A stretch of DNA of 64,000 bases, taken from assembly GCF_963921235.1 (NCBI RefSeq), contig NC_086097.1, positions 53,198,001-53,262,000 of the forward strand, read 5' to 3'. The notes under the pieces are model-generated. The model worked only from the letters and a program-made list of their open reading frames with translations. It was not told where the DNA came from and searched no databases. Positions within the stretch are counted from its first letter, which is position 1, and each line of letters starts with the position of its first letter. Shown here one piece after another: positions 49,781-63,626 of the stretch. This DNA is from Mobula hypostoma (taxonomy: Eukaryota). A program made the position numbers and the translations under genes.

Positions 49781-51034
49781 AGGTGCTGGTATCAAGTTTT
49801 CTACAGCTAGCTGCAAAATATACCACGCCACTGATGAAACTAATGTGCTAAAATGTCAGACTGGTACATAAGAAAGCTGTGCTGAGAAAGAAATTAAGAG
49901 GGCATAATCGCCTTCATGACCCACTTCAAAGTAATACTCCAGCATATCAGCAAGCATCAAGATAAATACAGACGGATCTGCAAAAACCAATTTGGATGAG
50001 AGAAATTGCTGACCCAACCAAACTTCTTCATCCAGGAATATTTTATCTACTACCATGATACTTCTAGCCCACCAAAGAATATGCAATTGTTTCTTAAATG
50101 CTTATAAGATATGCCGATCAGGGATATGTTGATCACTGTTGATACATGGCCCTAAATTATCTCTTTTGAATCGGTCTCACATTTCCATTCCCTGTCTCTT
50201 TCAAATATTCAACTTTTTGTGTTGTTCCAAGAAATCGTATGTGTTTCTTTTCTAGCGACAATTCCGTCCCCAGTGTAATCAGGAAGGAGACTTAAAACTA
50301 TCAAATTCCTGCATTCCCCAAACCTTATTGAGAATCAGATTATACAGTAGCTCTAATCTGCAGGATTCTTTTAAATGAAAAGACATGGATTCATTTTCAC
50401 TGCTTCCTTTCCTTCATATATTGTTCCCAACTCTTCAAACTCACCCTCATTTTTTATTTGACGGTCTTGTACTTTCATCGAGAAGCAAGTGTTTCTATTG
50501 GCAAAAATGCCTGGTGCAAGAGGACACTGAAGGGAAGAGATTTGGTTTGTGCAGCCAGTTGAGATTACAAACTGCGCAGTCCAATTGTTTTAAGGAAGTA
50601 AAATAAATTGTAATTTTCAAAATAAAAGTAGGTTTTTAAAAATGGATAAATACTCAAGTTGCTGATTTCTGGGAGAATGGTGTGGTGATAGCAGCTTGAT
50701 CGACTGCTACCTTTTTGATGAAGGCCCTCTCACATTACTGTTTCAATGCAGCAACAGTACATGCCAAATTTGGAGGACCACAGGGGAACAAAATTGATGG
50801 TTCTTTAAAGACAGTCAGTACCGTTTGCATTCTATCATTTTTGTAAATGAGAATGGTTTGGGTGGCTGGCTAAATCATCATATAGCCAGCATGCACAGAC
50901 ATTGTAAAGGAGAGTGGTATTTGACATTGCAAGTAACTAAGAATCAGACTGCATTCTCTTTAAGTTGCCTGAGGTTGTGCAATAGAAAATCTCATGTGGC
51001 TTGTTCAGAACATTTAGTGCAAGCATTATACTCA

Positions 51035-51462
51035 AAATGAATGCTAACACTGCATTTGCCTTCCTTACCACTGACTCAAACCTTAAATTAACCTTTAGGG
51101 AATCCTGCGTGAGGATACCAGCCCCCAAAATCCCATTGCATCCCTGATCTCTGAATTTTCCCCTCCATTTAGAAAATAGTCTACCTCTTTATTCCTTTTA
51201 GCAAAGTGCATGACCATACACTTCTCTATACTACACCTCATCTCCGCCACCTCTTTCTTCATTCTCCTAATCTGTTCAAGTCCTTCTTGCAGACCTCTGC
51301 TTCCTTAACACTGGCTGCCCCTCCACTTTTCTTCGTATTGTCTGCAAATTTGGCCACAAAGCCATCAATTCTGTCATCCGAATCACTGACATATAATGAG
51401 ATACAGAAGCGTTCCCAAAACTGACCCCTGTGGAATGACACTAGTCATTGGCAGCCAACCAG
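51035..51462 (-). mobile_element. CR1 RT fragment
   Basis: GFVAKFADNTK, KDLNRLGE, VVRKANAVLAFI. Confidence 0.8.
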
Positions 51463-52526
51463 AAATCATCAGTCAAGATGGATGGGAAACAGAAAACATG
51501 GAATGCAAGGTCACTTTGCCCGATTTCTTACACTGGATTCCATTATTAAAATGGACATTTGGAAATTCATATAAAAGGGAAATTATGTTCAGCAAATTAG
51601 CTGGAGTTCCTGTTACAAACAGAATAGATAAAGGGAAAAGAGCCATCTCTTTGGATTCCTGGATGATAAAAGGATATCATATCAAAGGCCTTGCGTACCG
51701 CAGATGGTGCACTGGGAAAATGTGAGGTTATCCACTGCAGAGGGATGAAGAAGCATTTCACCTAAAGGGAGTGAAACTATCAGGTATTGCAGCACAAGAG
51801 GGTCCTGGTGCATGAAACAAAAGGTTGGCAGGCTGGTGAATCAAGTGATCAGGATGGGCAATGGTCAGCATATGAACATTAAGATGGGGATGTTTTGATG
51901 AGACTTCACAGGATGCTACGGAGGATGTGCCTGTGATATCGTGTACTTTTAGCCTTCACATTTAAAGATATCCTTGCATTGGAGATTTGCAGGGAAAGCC
52001 CACTGGCATGATTCATAGAATATAGGGCTAGACATACACTACAAAGAGAGCTTGAAGGTCTCTACTACTAAAACCCCAAGCACAAACGTGATTAACAACC
52101 ACAATTGGTTGTTAATTCTACCTGCCACCATGTCCCCACTAAAGATTACATTTAATCTCCCCGATTGTTCACTGCAATTCTAATTTACCAGATAGCCCAT
52201 CCATAAACTATGAAAGATGCAGAGGCTACATTGCCAGCAACTAAATAACAGTAGAAAGGAATGCAGCAATGTTTTCAGCCATGTCCAAAAACACAGTCTA
52301 TTATCACCCATATAATGCCACTGACATCAGAAGGAGTTAGGACAGACAACAGGACAACCTTAACTTTACTTTGGAAGCACAGACTGAGAACTTCTCTAAC
52401 ATTAAAACAAACTTTGAAGCTGGAATACAATTAAAATTTGGATAGGTATCACTTTTAACGATAACAGATCATGCATATGAATTGAGTTTTATCAGAGCTT
52501 TCTCTGATTTAAACAAAAGATTAGTT

Positions 52527-52813
52527 TGTAGTGATGTGCTACACACAGAGCTGGAAATAACGACACGCAGTCTGTAAGTTGCACTCGAGACTAGTTTATT
52601 CAAACTTTGCGGCGCTGGCTTTTACGCAGTTCCGTTCCCGCCCCCTCCGGGTGGAAATGACATCAGAGGTGCATTACAAAAGTCTCTTCCCGCACGCGGG
52701 CTTTCTCCCCTTGCTGGTGAAGAAGGCCCAGCGCCATTTTGGGGCTGACCTCTCTGCCGCCACGTGCGCCATTTTGTGAGCCGGTTCGCCTGCGTAGAAA
52801 GTGGGTCACCACA
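52527..52813 (-). repeat. Gypsy 3' LTR
   Basis: Direct repeat of 56556-56846; preceded on the minus strand by the G-rich PPT GGTTCTGGGGGGTG. Confidence 0.95.
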
Positions 52814-52829
52814 TAACACCCCCCAGAAC

Positions 52830-55800
52830 CGGCGATACACCTCCCAATGTCCACAGTCTGGATTGGTCTCTGTTTGGGCGGTCTGCCTCTGCGCCGCGGT
52901 GCCTGAACCTCGACTGGCTGCACCAAGTCCACATGTGCCAGTTTGAGTCGGTCTGCTGTGAAAACCTCCTCTCTCCCCCCAGTGCCCAGAACGTACGTGG
53001 ACCCATTGTTCCCGATCACCTTGAACGGCCCCTCGTACAGCCGCTGTAGCGGTGCCCACTCTGCACCCCTTCACACAAATACAAACTTACATTTCTTCAG
53101 GTATTTGGGTACGCAGGTCGGGCTCTGTCCATGCTGTGAAGTAGGTACGGGGGCCAGGTTGCCGAGCCTCTCACGTAGTCTGTCCAGGACTGCTGTGGGT
53201 TCTTCCTCTTGCCCCCTTGGGGCTGGTATGAACTCTCCTGGGACAACCAGGGGTGCGCCGTACACCAGCTCGGCCGACGAGGTGTGCAGGTCCTCTTTGG
53301 GCGCTGTGCGGATTCCAAGCAGGACCCAGGGAAGCTCGTCCACCCAGTTAGGCCCTTTCAGGCGGGCCATGAGAATTGACTTCAGGTGACGGTGGAAGCG
53401 TTCCACTAGTCCGTTCGACTGTGGGTGGTAGGCAGTTGTGTGGCGTAGCTGCGTTCCCAACAGGCTGGCCACAGCCGACCACAGGCTGGAGGTGGACTGG
53501 GCGCCTCTGTCAGAGGTAATGTGGGCCGGTACCCCGAAGCGGGCTACGCAGGTTGCAATCAGTGCTCGGGCACAGGACTTGGCGGTGGTGTCGGTGAGTG
53601 GGACCGCCTCTGGCCATCTCGTGAACCAGTCTACCATAGTTAGGAGGTACCACGCTCCTCGCGACACTGGCAGGGGACCCACGATATCCACATGAATGTG
53701 GTCGAACCTCCGGCGGGGCTTTGGTGTGCCGCTGCACCTTGGCTGTTTGGCACTGCGTGCACGTTTTGGCCCATTTGCTGACCTGTTTGCGAAGTCTGTG
53801 CCACACGAACTTGCTGGAGAACATCTGGACGGTTGTCCTGATAGATGGGTGCGCCAAGCCGTGTATGGAGTTGAAAACTCGCCGCCGCCAGGCTGCCGGG
53901 ACGATGGGGCGAGGTTGGCCGGTAGCCATGTCACACAGGAGGGTCCTCTCACCTGGGCCTGCGAGGAAGTCTTGCAGCTACAAACCCGAGACTGCGGTCC
54001 TGTAGCTGGGCATCTCATCGTCTGCCTGCTGCATCTCCGCCAGTGCTGCATAGTCCACCCCCGGGACAGGGCCTGGACAGCTGGTCTGGAGAGTGCGTCC
54101 GCCACAACACTGTCCTTTCCCGAGACATGCTGGATGCCCGTCGTGTACTTGGAGATGTAGGACACATGTCGCAGCTGGTGGGCCAACCAGGGATCAGACA
54201 TCTTCGTGAACGTGAAGGTCAACAGTTTGTGGTCCGTGAATGCGGTGAATGGCCTGCCTTCTAAGAAATACCTGAAATGCCGGATTGCCAGATATAGTGC
54301 CAACAGCTCCCGGTTGAAGGCACTGTACTTGAGTTCGGGTGACTGTAGGTGCCTGCTGAAGAACGCCAGGAGTTGCCAGCGCCCCTTGATGAGTTGCTCC
54401 AGCACCCCACTGACTGCTGTGTTGGATGCGTCCAATGTGAGGGCGGTTGGAACGTCTGTTCTGGGGTGCACTAGCATCGCGGCATCTGCCAAGGCTTCCT
54501 TGGCTTTAACGAAAGCGGCCGCGGCCTCTTCGTCCCAGGTAATGTCCTTGCCTTTACCCGACATCAGAGTGAACAAAGGGCACATGATATGGGCTGCTGA
54601 GGGGAGGAAGTGGTGGTAGAAGTTCACCATACCAACAAACTCCTGCAGGCCTTTGACTGTATTGGGCCGGGCAAAGTGGCAGATCGCGTCTACCTTGGCG
54701 GGCAGAGGTGTTGCCCCGTCTTTGGTAATCCTGTGGCCCAGGAAGTCGATGGTGTCGATTCCAAACTGTCATTTGGCCGGGTTGATCGTGAGGCTGAAAT
54801 CACTCAGGCGGGAGTAGAGCTGGCGGAGGTGGGACAGATGCTCCTGATGACTACTGCTGGCTATGAGGATGTCATCCAAATAGATGAACGCAAAGTCCAG
54901 ATCATGTCCCACCACGTCCATTAGCCGCTGGAATGTCTGTGCAGCATTCTCCAGGCCGAATGGCATTTGGAGGAATTCGAACAGGCCGAACGGGGTGATG
55001 AGTGCTGTTTTGGGGATGTCTTCAGGGTGTACCAGGATTTGATGGTATCCCTGGACGAGGTCTACTTTGCAAGGTTTGCTGCAAAGTCCTGTATGTGCGG
55101 CACGGGGTAGCGGTCTGGAGTGGTAGCCTTGTTCAGTCTGCGGTAGTCGCCGCATGGTCTCCAGCCCCCGGCTGCTTTGGGCACCCTGTGCAGGGGGGAG
55201 GCCCATGGGCTGTCCGACCACCGTATGATCCTCTTGAACTCCTCCTTCGCCAGGCAGAGCTCGTTCGGGGGGAGCCTTTGTGCGCAGGCTTGGAGGGGTG
55301 GTCCCTGGTTGGAATGTGGTGCTGTACTCTGTGTCTGGGCATGGCTGCCGTGAACTGCGGTGCCAGAACCGATGGAAAGTCCGCCAGGATTCTGGTGAAT
55401 TTGTTGTCAGACAGCGTGATGGAGTCCGGGTGTGGGGTCGGCAACTTGGCTTCACCCAGGGAGAACATCTGGAAAGTCTTGGCATGGACCAGTCTTTTCC
55501 CTTGCAAGTCGACCAGCAGGCTGTGAGCTCGCAAGAAGTCCGCCCCCAGGAATGGTTGGGCCATGGCGGCCAGTGTGAAGTCCCACGTGAACTGGCTGGC
55601 GCCAAATTGTAGCTGCACTGTGCGGGTGCCGTAGGTCCGAATAGTGCTGCCATTTGTGGCCCTCAGGGTGGGTCCCAGCTCCCTGTTGTGGGTGTCATAA
55701 CCCGTCGGGGGTAAGACACTGATTTCTGCTCCGGTGTCGACCAAGAAGCAGCGTCCCGACTGTTTGTCCCAGATGTACAAGAGGCTGTCCTGGTGGCCAG

Positions 55801-56520
55801 CCACCGTAGCCATTAGTGGCGGCTGGCCCTGGCATTTTCCGGGAACTTGCAGGGTGGGTGACAACAGCGGGCTTCTGTGCCCCACCGCTGGTGGTAGGAA
55901 CACCACTGTTCATTGGCCTCCTCAATCCTGCCTCTGGGTTGTGTACGCTCCGTTGCCGGGCCTGGTCTGGCCTGCTGTTAGGCGCGTGGCTTGGTAATCT
56001 GTCCAATGGACACCCTGCTCTCCCTCTTGGCTTTCCACAGCACGTCTGCCCAGGCCGCCACCTTCCAGGGGTCACTGAAATCTGCGCCGGCCAGCAGCTG
56101 ATGTATGTCCTCGGGCAGTTGCTCTAGGAAAGCCTGCTCAAACATGAGGCAGGGCTTGTGCCCTTCAGCCAGAGCCAGCATCTCGTTCATTAATGCTGAC
56201 GGCAGCCTGTCTCCCAAACTGTCCAGGTGCAGCAAGTGGGCACCTCACTCACGCCGTGAGAGGCTAAAGGTCCCTATGGGCAGCGCTTTGAATGCTGCAT
56301 ATTTGCTTTCGGTGGGGGTGACTGTATGAAATCCTCAACCTGGGCGGTTGTCTCCCGGTCAAGGGAGCTCACCACATAATAGTAACGCATGGAATCAGAA
56401 GATATCTGCCAAATCTGGAACTGGGCATCTGCTTGGTCAAACCACACGCGTGGTTGCTGCGTCCAGAAAGTTGGCAGTTTTAGTGAAACTGCGTGAACAG
56501 ATGAAGAGTCGATCATCTTT
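52830..56520 (-). pseudogene. Gypsy gag-pol, disrupted
   Basis: gag (KLPTFWTQQPRVWF..LGDRLPSALMNEM), protease, RT, RNase H and integrase split over several frames, with deletions in RT. Confidence 0.92.
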
Positions 56521-56542
56521 GGTCCAAATCCCGTTTGGACTG

Positions 56543-56554
56543 TCGGGGTCACCA
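56543..56554 (-). other. Primer-binding site, tRNA-Trp type
   Basis: Minus strand TGGTGACCCCGA(C) one base after the 5' LTR, complementary to the 3' end of vertebrate tRNA-Trp. Confidence 0.85.
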
Positions 56555-56555
56555 A

Positions 56556-56846
56556 TGTAGCGATGTGCTACACACAGAGCTAGAAATAACGGCACTCAGT
56601 CTGTAAGTTGCACTCGAGACTAGTTTATTCAAACTTCGCGGCACTGGCTTTTACACAGTTCCGTTCTCGACCTCTCCGGGCGGAAATGACGTCAGAGGTG
56701 CATTACAAAAATCTCTTCCCGCGCGCGGGCTTTCTTCCCCTTTCTGGTGAAGAAGGCGGCCCAGCGCCATCTTGGGGCTGGCCTCTCTGCCGACACGTGC
56801 GCCATTTTGTGAGCCGGTTTGCCTGCGTAGAAAGTGGGTCGCCACA
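56556..56846 (-). repeat. Gypsy 5' LTR
   Basis: TG...CA ends, adjacent to the PBS, AATAAA on the minus strand (56624-56629). Confidence 0.95.
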
Positions 56847-56899
56847 AGTTCACTGTATCCAAGTTTATTGCCGATACCAAGTGGGAAAGTAAGTTATGA

Positions 56900-58410
56900 G
56901 AACAGAGGGGTATAAATGGGTTGAGCTAATGGGCAAAAACTATAATAGCTGGTTCAAAAAAAATGCAAATGAATGACAGTTTGACTAATTTGGCAAGCAG
57001 AATAGAAAAACAGATTATTTAAATGGTCTTCAAAGTCACTGTAGTTCCTTGTTCAAGAAATACATTAAATTACAGCCAAGTAATTATAGTTACTTGCCTC
57101 AAATGCAAGACAATTGGTAGACAAGAGTAGTAAGTTACATCACCGTTGTATGACTGGTGAAACCACACTTTGACTATCAAGCAGCTAAGATTCATCAGAT
57201 AATTTCAGTTATAAAAGGGTTACTATATAAATGAGAAAAGAGTATACTAATTTACCTGTAACATTGGAGCTTAAAAATGGTAGCCTTATTGTTACATACG
57301 AGATCTCGAGAAGATTCAACTAGGAACGTGTTAAGAGGCTGCTTCCCGTGTGGTGGTGATGGTGATGGGGTGCGGCGGCGCGGTTAAGTGTTTTAAACAC
57401 TGGTTACAGTTTCTGAATAGGAGTTCCAGCTTTCAATACCAAGATGAGAAGTAATTGCTTCTTCCTTAAAGGGCTGTTAATCTTTGGAGAGCAGTGGAAA
57501 TTGGGTTACTAAATATACTTGAATCTAAAAAGATAGCACTTCAGATAAGATGGGGAAATCAAGAGTTGTGGGAACAAGACAGGTGTTGAAGCCAAGTTCA
57601 GATCAGCCATGAACTTAAGCTCAGGGGCTGCATGGCTTGCAATCTTTTCCTTAGCTTCAAAACCTTTTCTTATTATGTTATGATTTTCTAGAATTCATTT
57701 TGCACATTTTCCAACATTTTAATTTCTCTTTTGTAATTGCACAGTTGTCTTCTGCACATTGGCCTATTGGGAACAGTTTTTGATTCTATTCTGTTTACTG
57801 TGTATGCCCTCAAGAAAATGAATCTCAGGGTTCTACATGGTGACATATATGTTATAAATTTACTTTGAACTTTGACAATGATGCTGACAATCCAGAGCGA
57901 TGTCTGAGTATTTGTCCACAAATCATTGAAGGTAGCAGGAAAGCTGGATAACTGTGTTTAAGGCAGTGTGCAGGATACTTTTATCCTTTGGCTCTACTAG
58001 TAACAGGTAAGGGCAGAGATGTTATGCTAGAACATACAAAACATTAATCTACAGACAAAGTGGTGGCCAGTTCTCGTGTCCACACTGCAAGTACGATGCA
58101 ACAGCAACAGTAAGGGTGCAAAGGAGAGACAGGAGGATGCTGCCAATGCTGGACAATTCTAAAAATTACAAGGTACCATCAAGACTGTGGTTACTTTCTT
58201 AGCAACAGTAGAGATGCAGTGGGGGAAGGTAAATTTAAAGATGTGTAAACTATGAACGGTCTCAGTGGAGTAAGGTCCCATTTTATTTAGCAGTGGTCAA
58301 TACCCAGGTGGCATATATTTACATTAAATCCATTGATTGGAGGTTGAGAATAATTATCTCACTCAAAATCCATTGAGCATGGACGATGGACCAAACGGCC
58401 TCCTCTGTAG
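56900..58410 (+). mobile_element. Cluster of old CR1 3' fragments with an intervening LINE tail (~57695-57872)
   Basis: Degenerate CR1 motifs (CTGGTGAAACCACACTTTG, CAGATCAGCCATGA, GGACCAAACGGCCTCCT). Confidence 0.55.
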
Positions 58411-58496
58411 CATAAATTGTGTCTTGCAAGAATCTTCTCTCTTATGAATTCTAACCTCAGCTGCAGCTCTAATGAAAATGGTAATTATCAGTCTCA

Positions 58497-59509
58497 AGCT
58501 ACGTCCACACTACGCCGGATAATTTTGAAAACGCCAGTTTCGAGTAAAAATGACAGGCATCCACACTAAGCATTTTTCAAAATATCTCCGTCCACATTAG
58601 ACGGATATTTGGGCAAATCTCCTTCTACTGGGCATGCGCAGGACACACAGAAAACAAGTGAAGAGGAAACGATATACTTGGTGCGTGTTTGTCCAGTTAC
58701 AGAGTAGAAAAACTTAAAAGGACTTGCTGTTGGCTCTGGTGCAGGAGGACTTAAAACTTAAAAAACAAATACTGCAGCGTATGGAGGCAACTGACAGGGA
58801 GTTCACGGACAGTATGACCCAGCTGATGACGAACATTGAAAAACTGACCAACTCTGTTGCATTAATAAAGCACCTTGTTAAATGTATAAAACGTCTGCAT
58901 CAGTGTTATCTTGTATTTCCACACAATGTTACATTAGGCTGTTACACATCTACTGTCAGAGAAGTACTTGCATAAATAGGTGAACCACCTTCATACAAGC
59001 AAGGACAGAAAACAGGGCAAAGTGAGTATACTTATTTATTCAGTAAGCTATGGGTCAAAGTATTTGGTGAGTACATTTCTAACCCTCCTGGCTTCAGTCT
59101 CGTTGCCGTCTGTTCTGAAATTGTTAGGTGGTTGCGTTCAAGAAAACAACGAACATCTGTTCCGGCACGTCATGACAGCGTTTTAAAATAGTCAAAAAAG
59201 CTCACTTTACAATTTAACTCTCACGCCATTCACACCGACTGCGCATTATAACAGCTTGCGCAGTACCAAGCAGAAGCAGAAAAAGCATTGTTGTTGTGGT
59301 GTTGTCATGACAGCGTTTTTAAATCTCTCCGGTTACCCCGTACACACTACAACGGATATTAGGTGTTTTCAGATTTATTCACTCTGGAGATGGTTTCTGA
59401 AAATCTCCATTTTCGGGGGATGAAAACGTTGTTTTAATGTGGACAGAAGGTCAAAATGAAGAGAAAAAGCTTTGTTTTCAAAATTATCTGGCGTAGTGTG
59501 GACGTACCC
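58497..59509. mobile_element. PIF/Harbinger non-autonomous DNA transposon
   Basis: Long imperfect TIRs AGCTACGTCCACACTACGCCGGATAATTTTGAAAAC / GTTTTCAAAATTATCTGGCGTAGTGTGGACGTACCC; 3-bp TSD TCA (58494-58496 / 59510-59512). Confidence 0.88.
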
Positions 59510-60572
59510 TCAGAGATGCAGTTCCATTGGGAATTCATTGCCAATAGTGAAGCAGAGACTTAGCAGTCACTGAAGACAATCTATATGACTAGCTGTTCTA
59601 CACCACCTCAGGAAGTTCTCTGACAATGGCTGGCAACCAGGGAGATCTGCATTACTGTAATTCTCACGCTTGCCTTAAACACATGCAGGTGTTCTATTAT
59701 TCTTACTGCCTAGCAATTAACACTTCAACTCCAGCCTTCAAATCTACAATATCTTTGAATATTTTGCAGAAGTACTATTAAAACACCAAAGACTAGGATA
59801 ATGAGTAACTTGTAAGTGAATTATCCCTCAGTGATGACAATATCAAAAAGCCTTTTAAAATACAATCAGACATCATTTACAATACAACACAAATTTAAAG
59901 GTCATAGTAGATAAAAGTGGAAGTGTTTAGCAATCATTAAAATGACAGAAGGATAAAATAATCAGAAGTGGAGACTGCTTACTATCAAACTCCTCCAAAG
60001 TTTACATTTTGAAGTCTCACTAATGGTCTGCCAGGGAAGTTGAAAAGATATCTGCCATGTGTTTTAAAATAATTCTGGTCTACTTTCATCAAAATAAGGA
60101 GTAATGATAAGGGGTATATAAAAACCATCACATTCTGTAAAAGTGAGTCGTACACTTGATGTCGGACTAAAGTAATGTATTCATTTTCCTTCCAACCCAT
60201 TAAGTATACTATATATGGAAGAAAAAAATAATCCACATGCCGTCTGTCTATAACAATTATAAAATACCATGTGAGAACTAACACAAGACGAGCAATGAGA
60301 TTTGATCCATTTCCTAGCACAGCCTTTTGAAATAACACTTCTTTCATTACCAATGACTAACGATTACAAAGCAAGAATGAAAGTTTCTATTTTACAACTT
60401 ACAACATTCAATCAAAATTACACAACGTATACTGCTCCAATTTGGAACAAAGATTCACAAGTTTGCGTTAGCTCTGAAAATGGATTTTAACTGAAGTTTG
60501 AAGCAACAAATAAAAAGATGTGCACAACATGAATTATCATTATTCAATAGACAACAAATTTCTTTATAAATT

Positions 60573-60730
60573 AAAGTTCAAAGTAAATTTTATTGTCGAA
60601 GTACATATATGTCACCATGTACAACTGTAAGTTTCTTATGGTGGACCAGTTTCTTAACTGGTGGACATATTCAATAAATTTGTAGAATAATAACCACAAC
60701 ACAGTCAATGAAAGACCACTCAACTAGGCC
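60573..60730 (-). mobile_element. LINE 3' tail (AAAGTTCAAAGT family)
   Basis: Homologous to 36250-36440. Confidence 0.6.
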
Positions 60731-61298
60731 ACCCAATTAGTACGTAGATTTACTGTTAAATAAATGAAATTTCTAGATTACAATTCTCACAGAAAACTTT
60801 GGTTAGATTTTTAATTTTGCCCTCAGCTTGGTGACTTCTGAATATATATATCCCCATGACAGTGGGATCTAAGACTTGAAGGTTGAGCTTTTAGGTAAAA
60901 AGGCAAAGAGATTCAGAGAAGGATCAGAGGAAAAAATAATATCTGAAATGCACTGCCTGAGTGGGTGATGAAGGCAGAAACTCTCACAACCTTAAAACAT
61001 TTTGGTGAGCACACTTGAATTGTCAAGGCACAGAAGGCTGTGCATTGTTAAGCGATATTAACATCATTTAGCAATGCATTGTTAACACAGATGGGTCCTG
61101 GATGGTTGACACCGTCACAGTGGGCTGAAGACTTTGTTTCTGTGCTACATGTGATTTAGATTCAATGCTCTGGCAATAGCTGTAAAAACACAATGTTTTA
61201 TTCATAAACACAAAATAATCTGCAGATGCTGTTGTCAAAGGAACACTCACAATGCGCTGGAGGAACTCAGCGGGTCAGTCAGCATCAGTTGAAAGATT

Positions 61299-61334
61299 AG
61301 TCGACGTTTCGGGCCGAAAACCTTCGTCAGGACT
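61299..61334 (-). ncRNA. Minimal type I hammerhead ribozyme, intact core
   Basis: Minus strand AGTC-CTGACGA-AGGTTTTCGGCCC-GAAA-CGTC-GACT. Confidence 0.8.
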
Positions 61335-63626
61335 GAAGGAAGAACTTTGGGGAGGGTTTGAAGAATGCTGGTAGTTGTGCCCGCCATGACGTTAAACTCT
61401 TCTTCCGTCGCCTACGTCTCTGAGCCTACTTCTTTGGCAAGGATTCCCCTCCTCCTACTGATGACCTCTTCTCCTGTCTTCAACCCTCCTCCTCCTCCTG
61501 GACACCCCGCCTGGGCCTTCTACCTGCACTCGATCTCTTCATCTCCAACTGTCGCCGAGACATCAACTGTCTCAACTTCACCACTCCTCTCTCCTGTTCC
61601 AACCTCACTCCCTCTGAACACACTGCCCTCCACTCTCTCCGCACTAATCCCAACCTCACTATCAAACCCGCTGACAAAGGTGGTGCCGTAGTAGTCTGGT
61701 GGACGGACCGCTATCTCACTGAGGCCAAACGGCAGCTCTCTGACACCTCCTCTTACTTACCCCTGGAACAGGACCCCACCAAAAAACATCAAACCATTGT
61801 CTCCCGCACAATCACCGCCCTTATCAACTCTGGAGACCTTCCATCCTCAGCCGCTAAACTCATTATTCCCACACCCCGAACCGCTTGGTTTTACCTCCTC
61901 CCGAAGATACACAAGCCTGACTGTCCCGGTAGACCCATAGTTTCTGCCTGCTCCTGTCCCACCGAACTTGTATCTGCCTACCTGGACTCCATTTTGTCAC
62001 CCGTAGTTCAGTCCCTCCTCACCTACATCCGCGATACATCCCATGCCCTCCAGCTCTTCAATAACTTCCAGTTCCCCGGTCCCAACCGCTTCATTTTTAC
62101 TATGGATGTCCAATTCTTATACACCTCCGCTCCCCATCAAGAAGGCCTCAAAGCCCTCCGCTACTTCCTGGATAATGGACCTCACCAGTTCCCCACCACC
62201 ACTACCCTCCTCCGGTTGGCGGAACTGGTTCTCACACTTAATAACTTCTTGTTTGGCTCTTCCCACTTTCTTCAGAATAAGGGTGTAGCTATGGGAACTC
62301 GCATGGGACCCAGCTACGCCTGCCTCTTCGTTGGTTATGTGGAACAGTCTGTGCTCCAAACCTATTCTGGTACTGCTCCCCAACTTTTCCTTCGATACAT
62401 TGACGACTACATTGGTGCTGCTTCCTGCACCCATGCTGAGCTCGTCAATTTCATCGACTTTACTTCAAACTTCCACCCAGCCCTCAAATTCACTTGGTCT
62501 ATCTCTGACACTTCTCTCCCCTTTCTCGATGTCTCGGTCTCCATCTCTGGAGACAGACTGTCCACTGACATCTTCTACAAGCCCATTGACTCTCATAACT
62601 ACCTCGACTATACCTCTTCCCACCCCGCCACATGCAAAAATGCCACTCCCTATTCCCAGTTCCTCCGTCTCCGCCGCATCTGCTCCGAGGATGAGGTTTT
62701 CCGTTCCAGGACATCTCAAATGTCTTCTTTGTTCAAGGATCGTGGTTTCCCTTCTGCTGTCATCAATGATGCCCTCACCCGCATCTCCTCCATTTCCCGC
62801 ACTTCGGCTCTCACCCCATCCTCCCGCCACCACAACAGGGACAGAGTTCCCCCTGTCCTCACCTACCATCCCACCAGCCTCCAGATCCAGCACATTATCC
62901 TCCGCAACTTTCAACAGGACCCCACCACTAAGCACATCTTTCCCTCTCCACCCCTCTCTGCTTTCCACAGGGATCCATCCCTCCGCGACTCACTTATCCG
63001 CACGTCCATCCCTATGGATCTCCCACCCGGCACTTATCCCTGTAAGCGTAAGTGCTACACCTGTCCCTACACCTCGTCTCTTGCCACCATTCAGGGCCCC
63101 AAACAGTCCTTCCAGTGAGGCAACACTTCACTTGTGAATCTTTTGGGGTCATCTATTGCATCCCGTGCGGCCTCCTCTACATCGGTGAAACCTGACGCAG
63201 ATTGGGGGACCGCTTCATCGAGCACCTCCACTCCGTCCGCCAAAACAGACAGGATCTCCCGGTAGCCACCCACTTCAACTCTGCTTCCCATTCCCATTCA
63301 GATATGTCCATACATGGCCTCCTCTACTGCCATGATGAGGCTAAACTCAGGTAGGAGCAGCAACACCTCATATACCATCTAGGTAGTCTCCAGCCCCTTG
63401 GTATGAACATAGAATTCTCCAACTTCCGGTAATTCCCTCCCCCTCCCTTCCTCTATCCCTATTTCACATCACCTCCCTCATAGTTCCGCCTCCTTGCACT
63501 ACTTTCGCATTGTTCTCCTGCCAATCACCTCCCTGCTTCCCCTCCTCCACCCCTTTGTCTTTCAAATTACTGTTTTTTTTCCCCAACTACCAGCATTCTT
63601 CAAACCCTCCCCAAAGTTCTTCCTTC

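Larger units (their letters stand above)
52527..56846 (-). mobile_element. Gypsy/Ty3 LTR retrotransposon, LTR-to-LTR (4320 bp), frameshifted
   Basis: Two TG...CA LTRs, 4-bp TSD AGTT, PBS, PPT; domain order gag-PR(FLVDTGAE)-RT(YLDD)-RNaseH(DAS)-IN(HVDIVGP, TSDRG, NGLVER). Confidence 0.97.

Noticed and set aside
52579..56892. Many overlapping GC-rich ORFs on both strands
   Set aside because: Shadow frames of the Gypsy LTRs and gag-pol.
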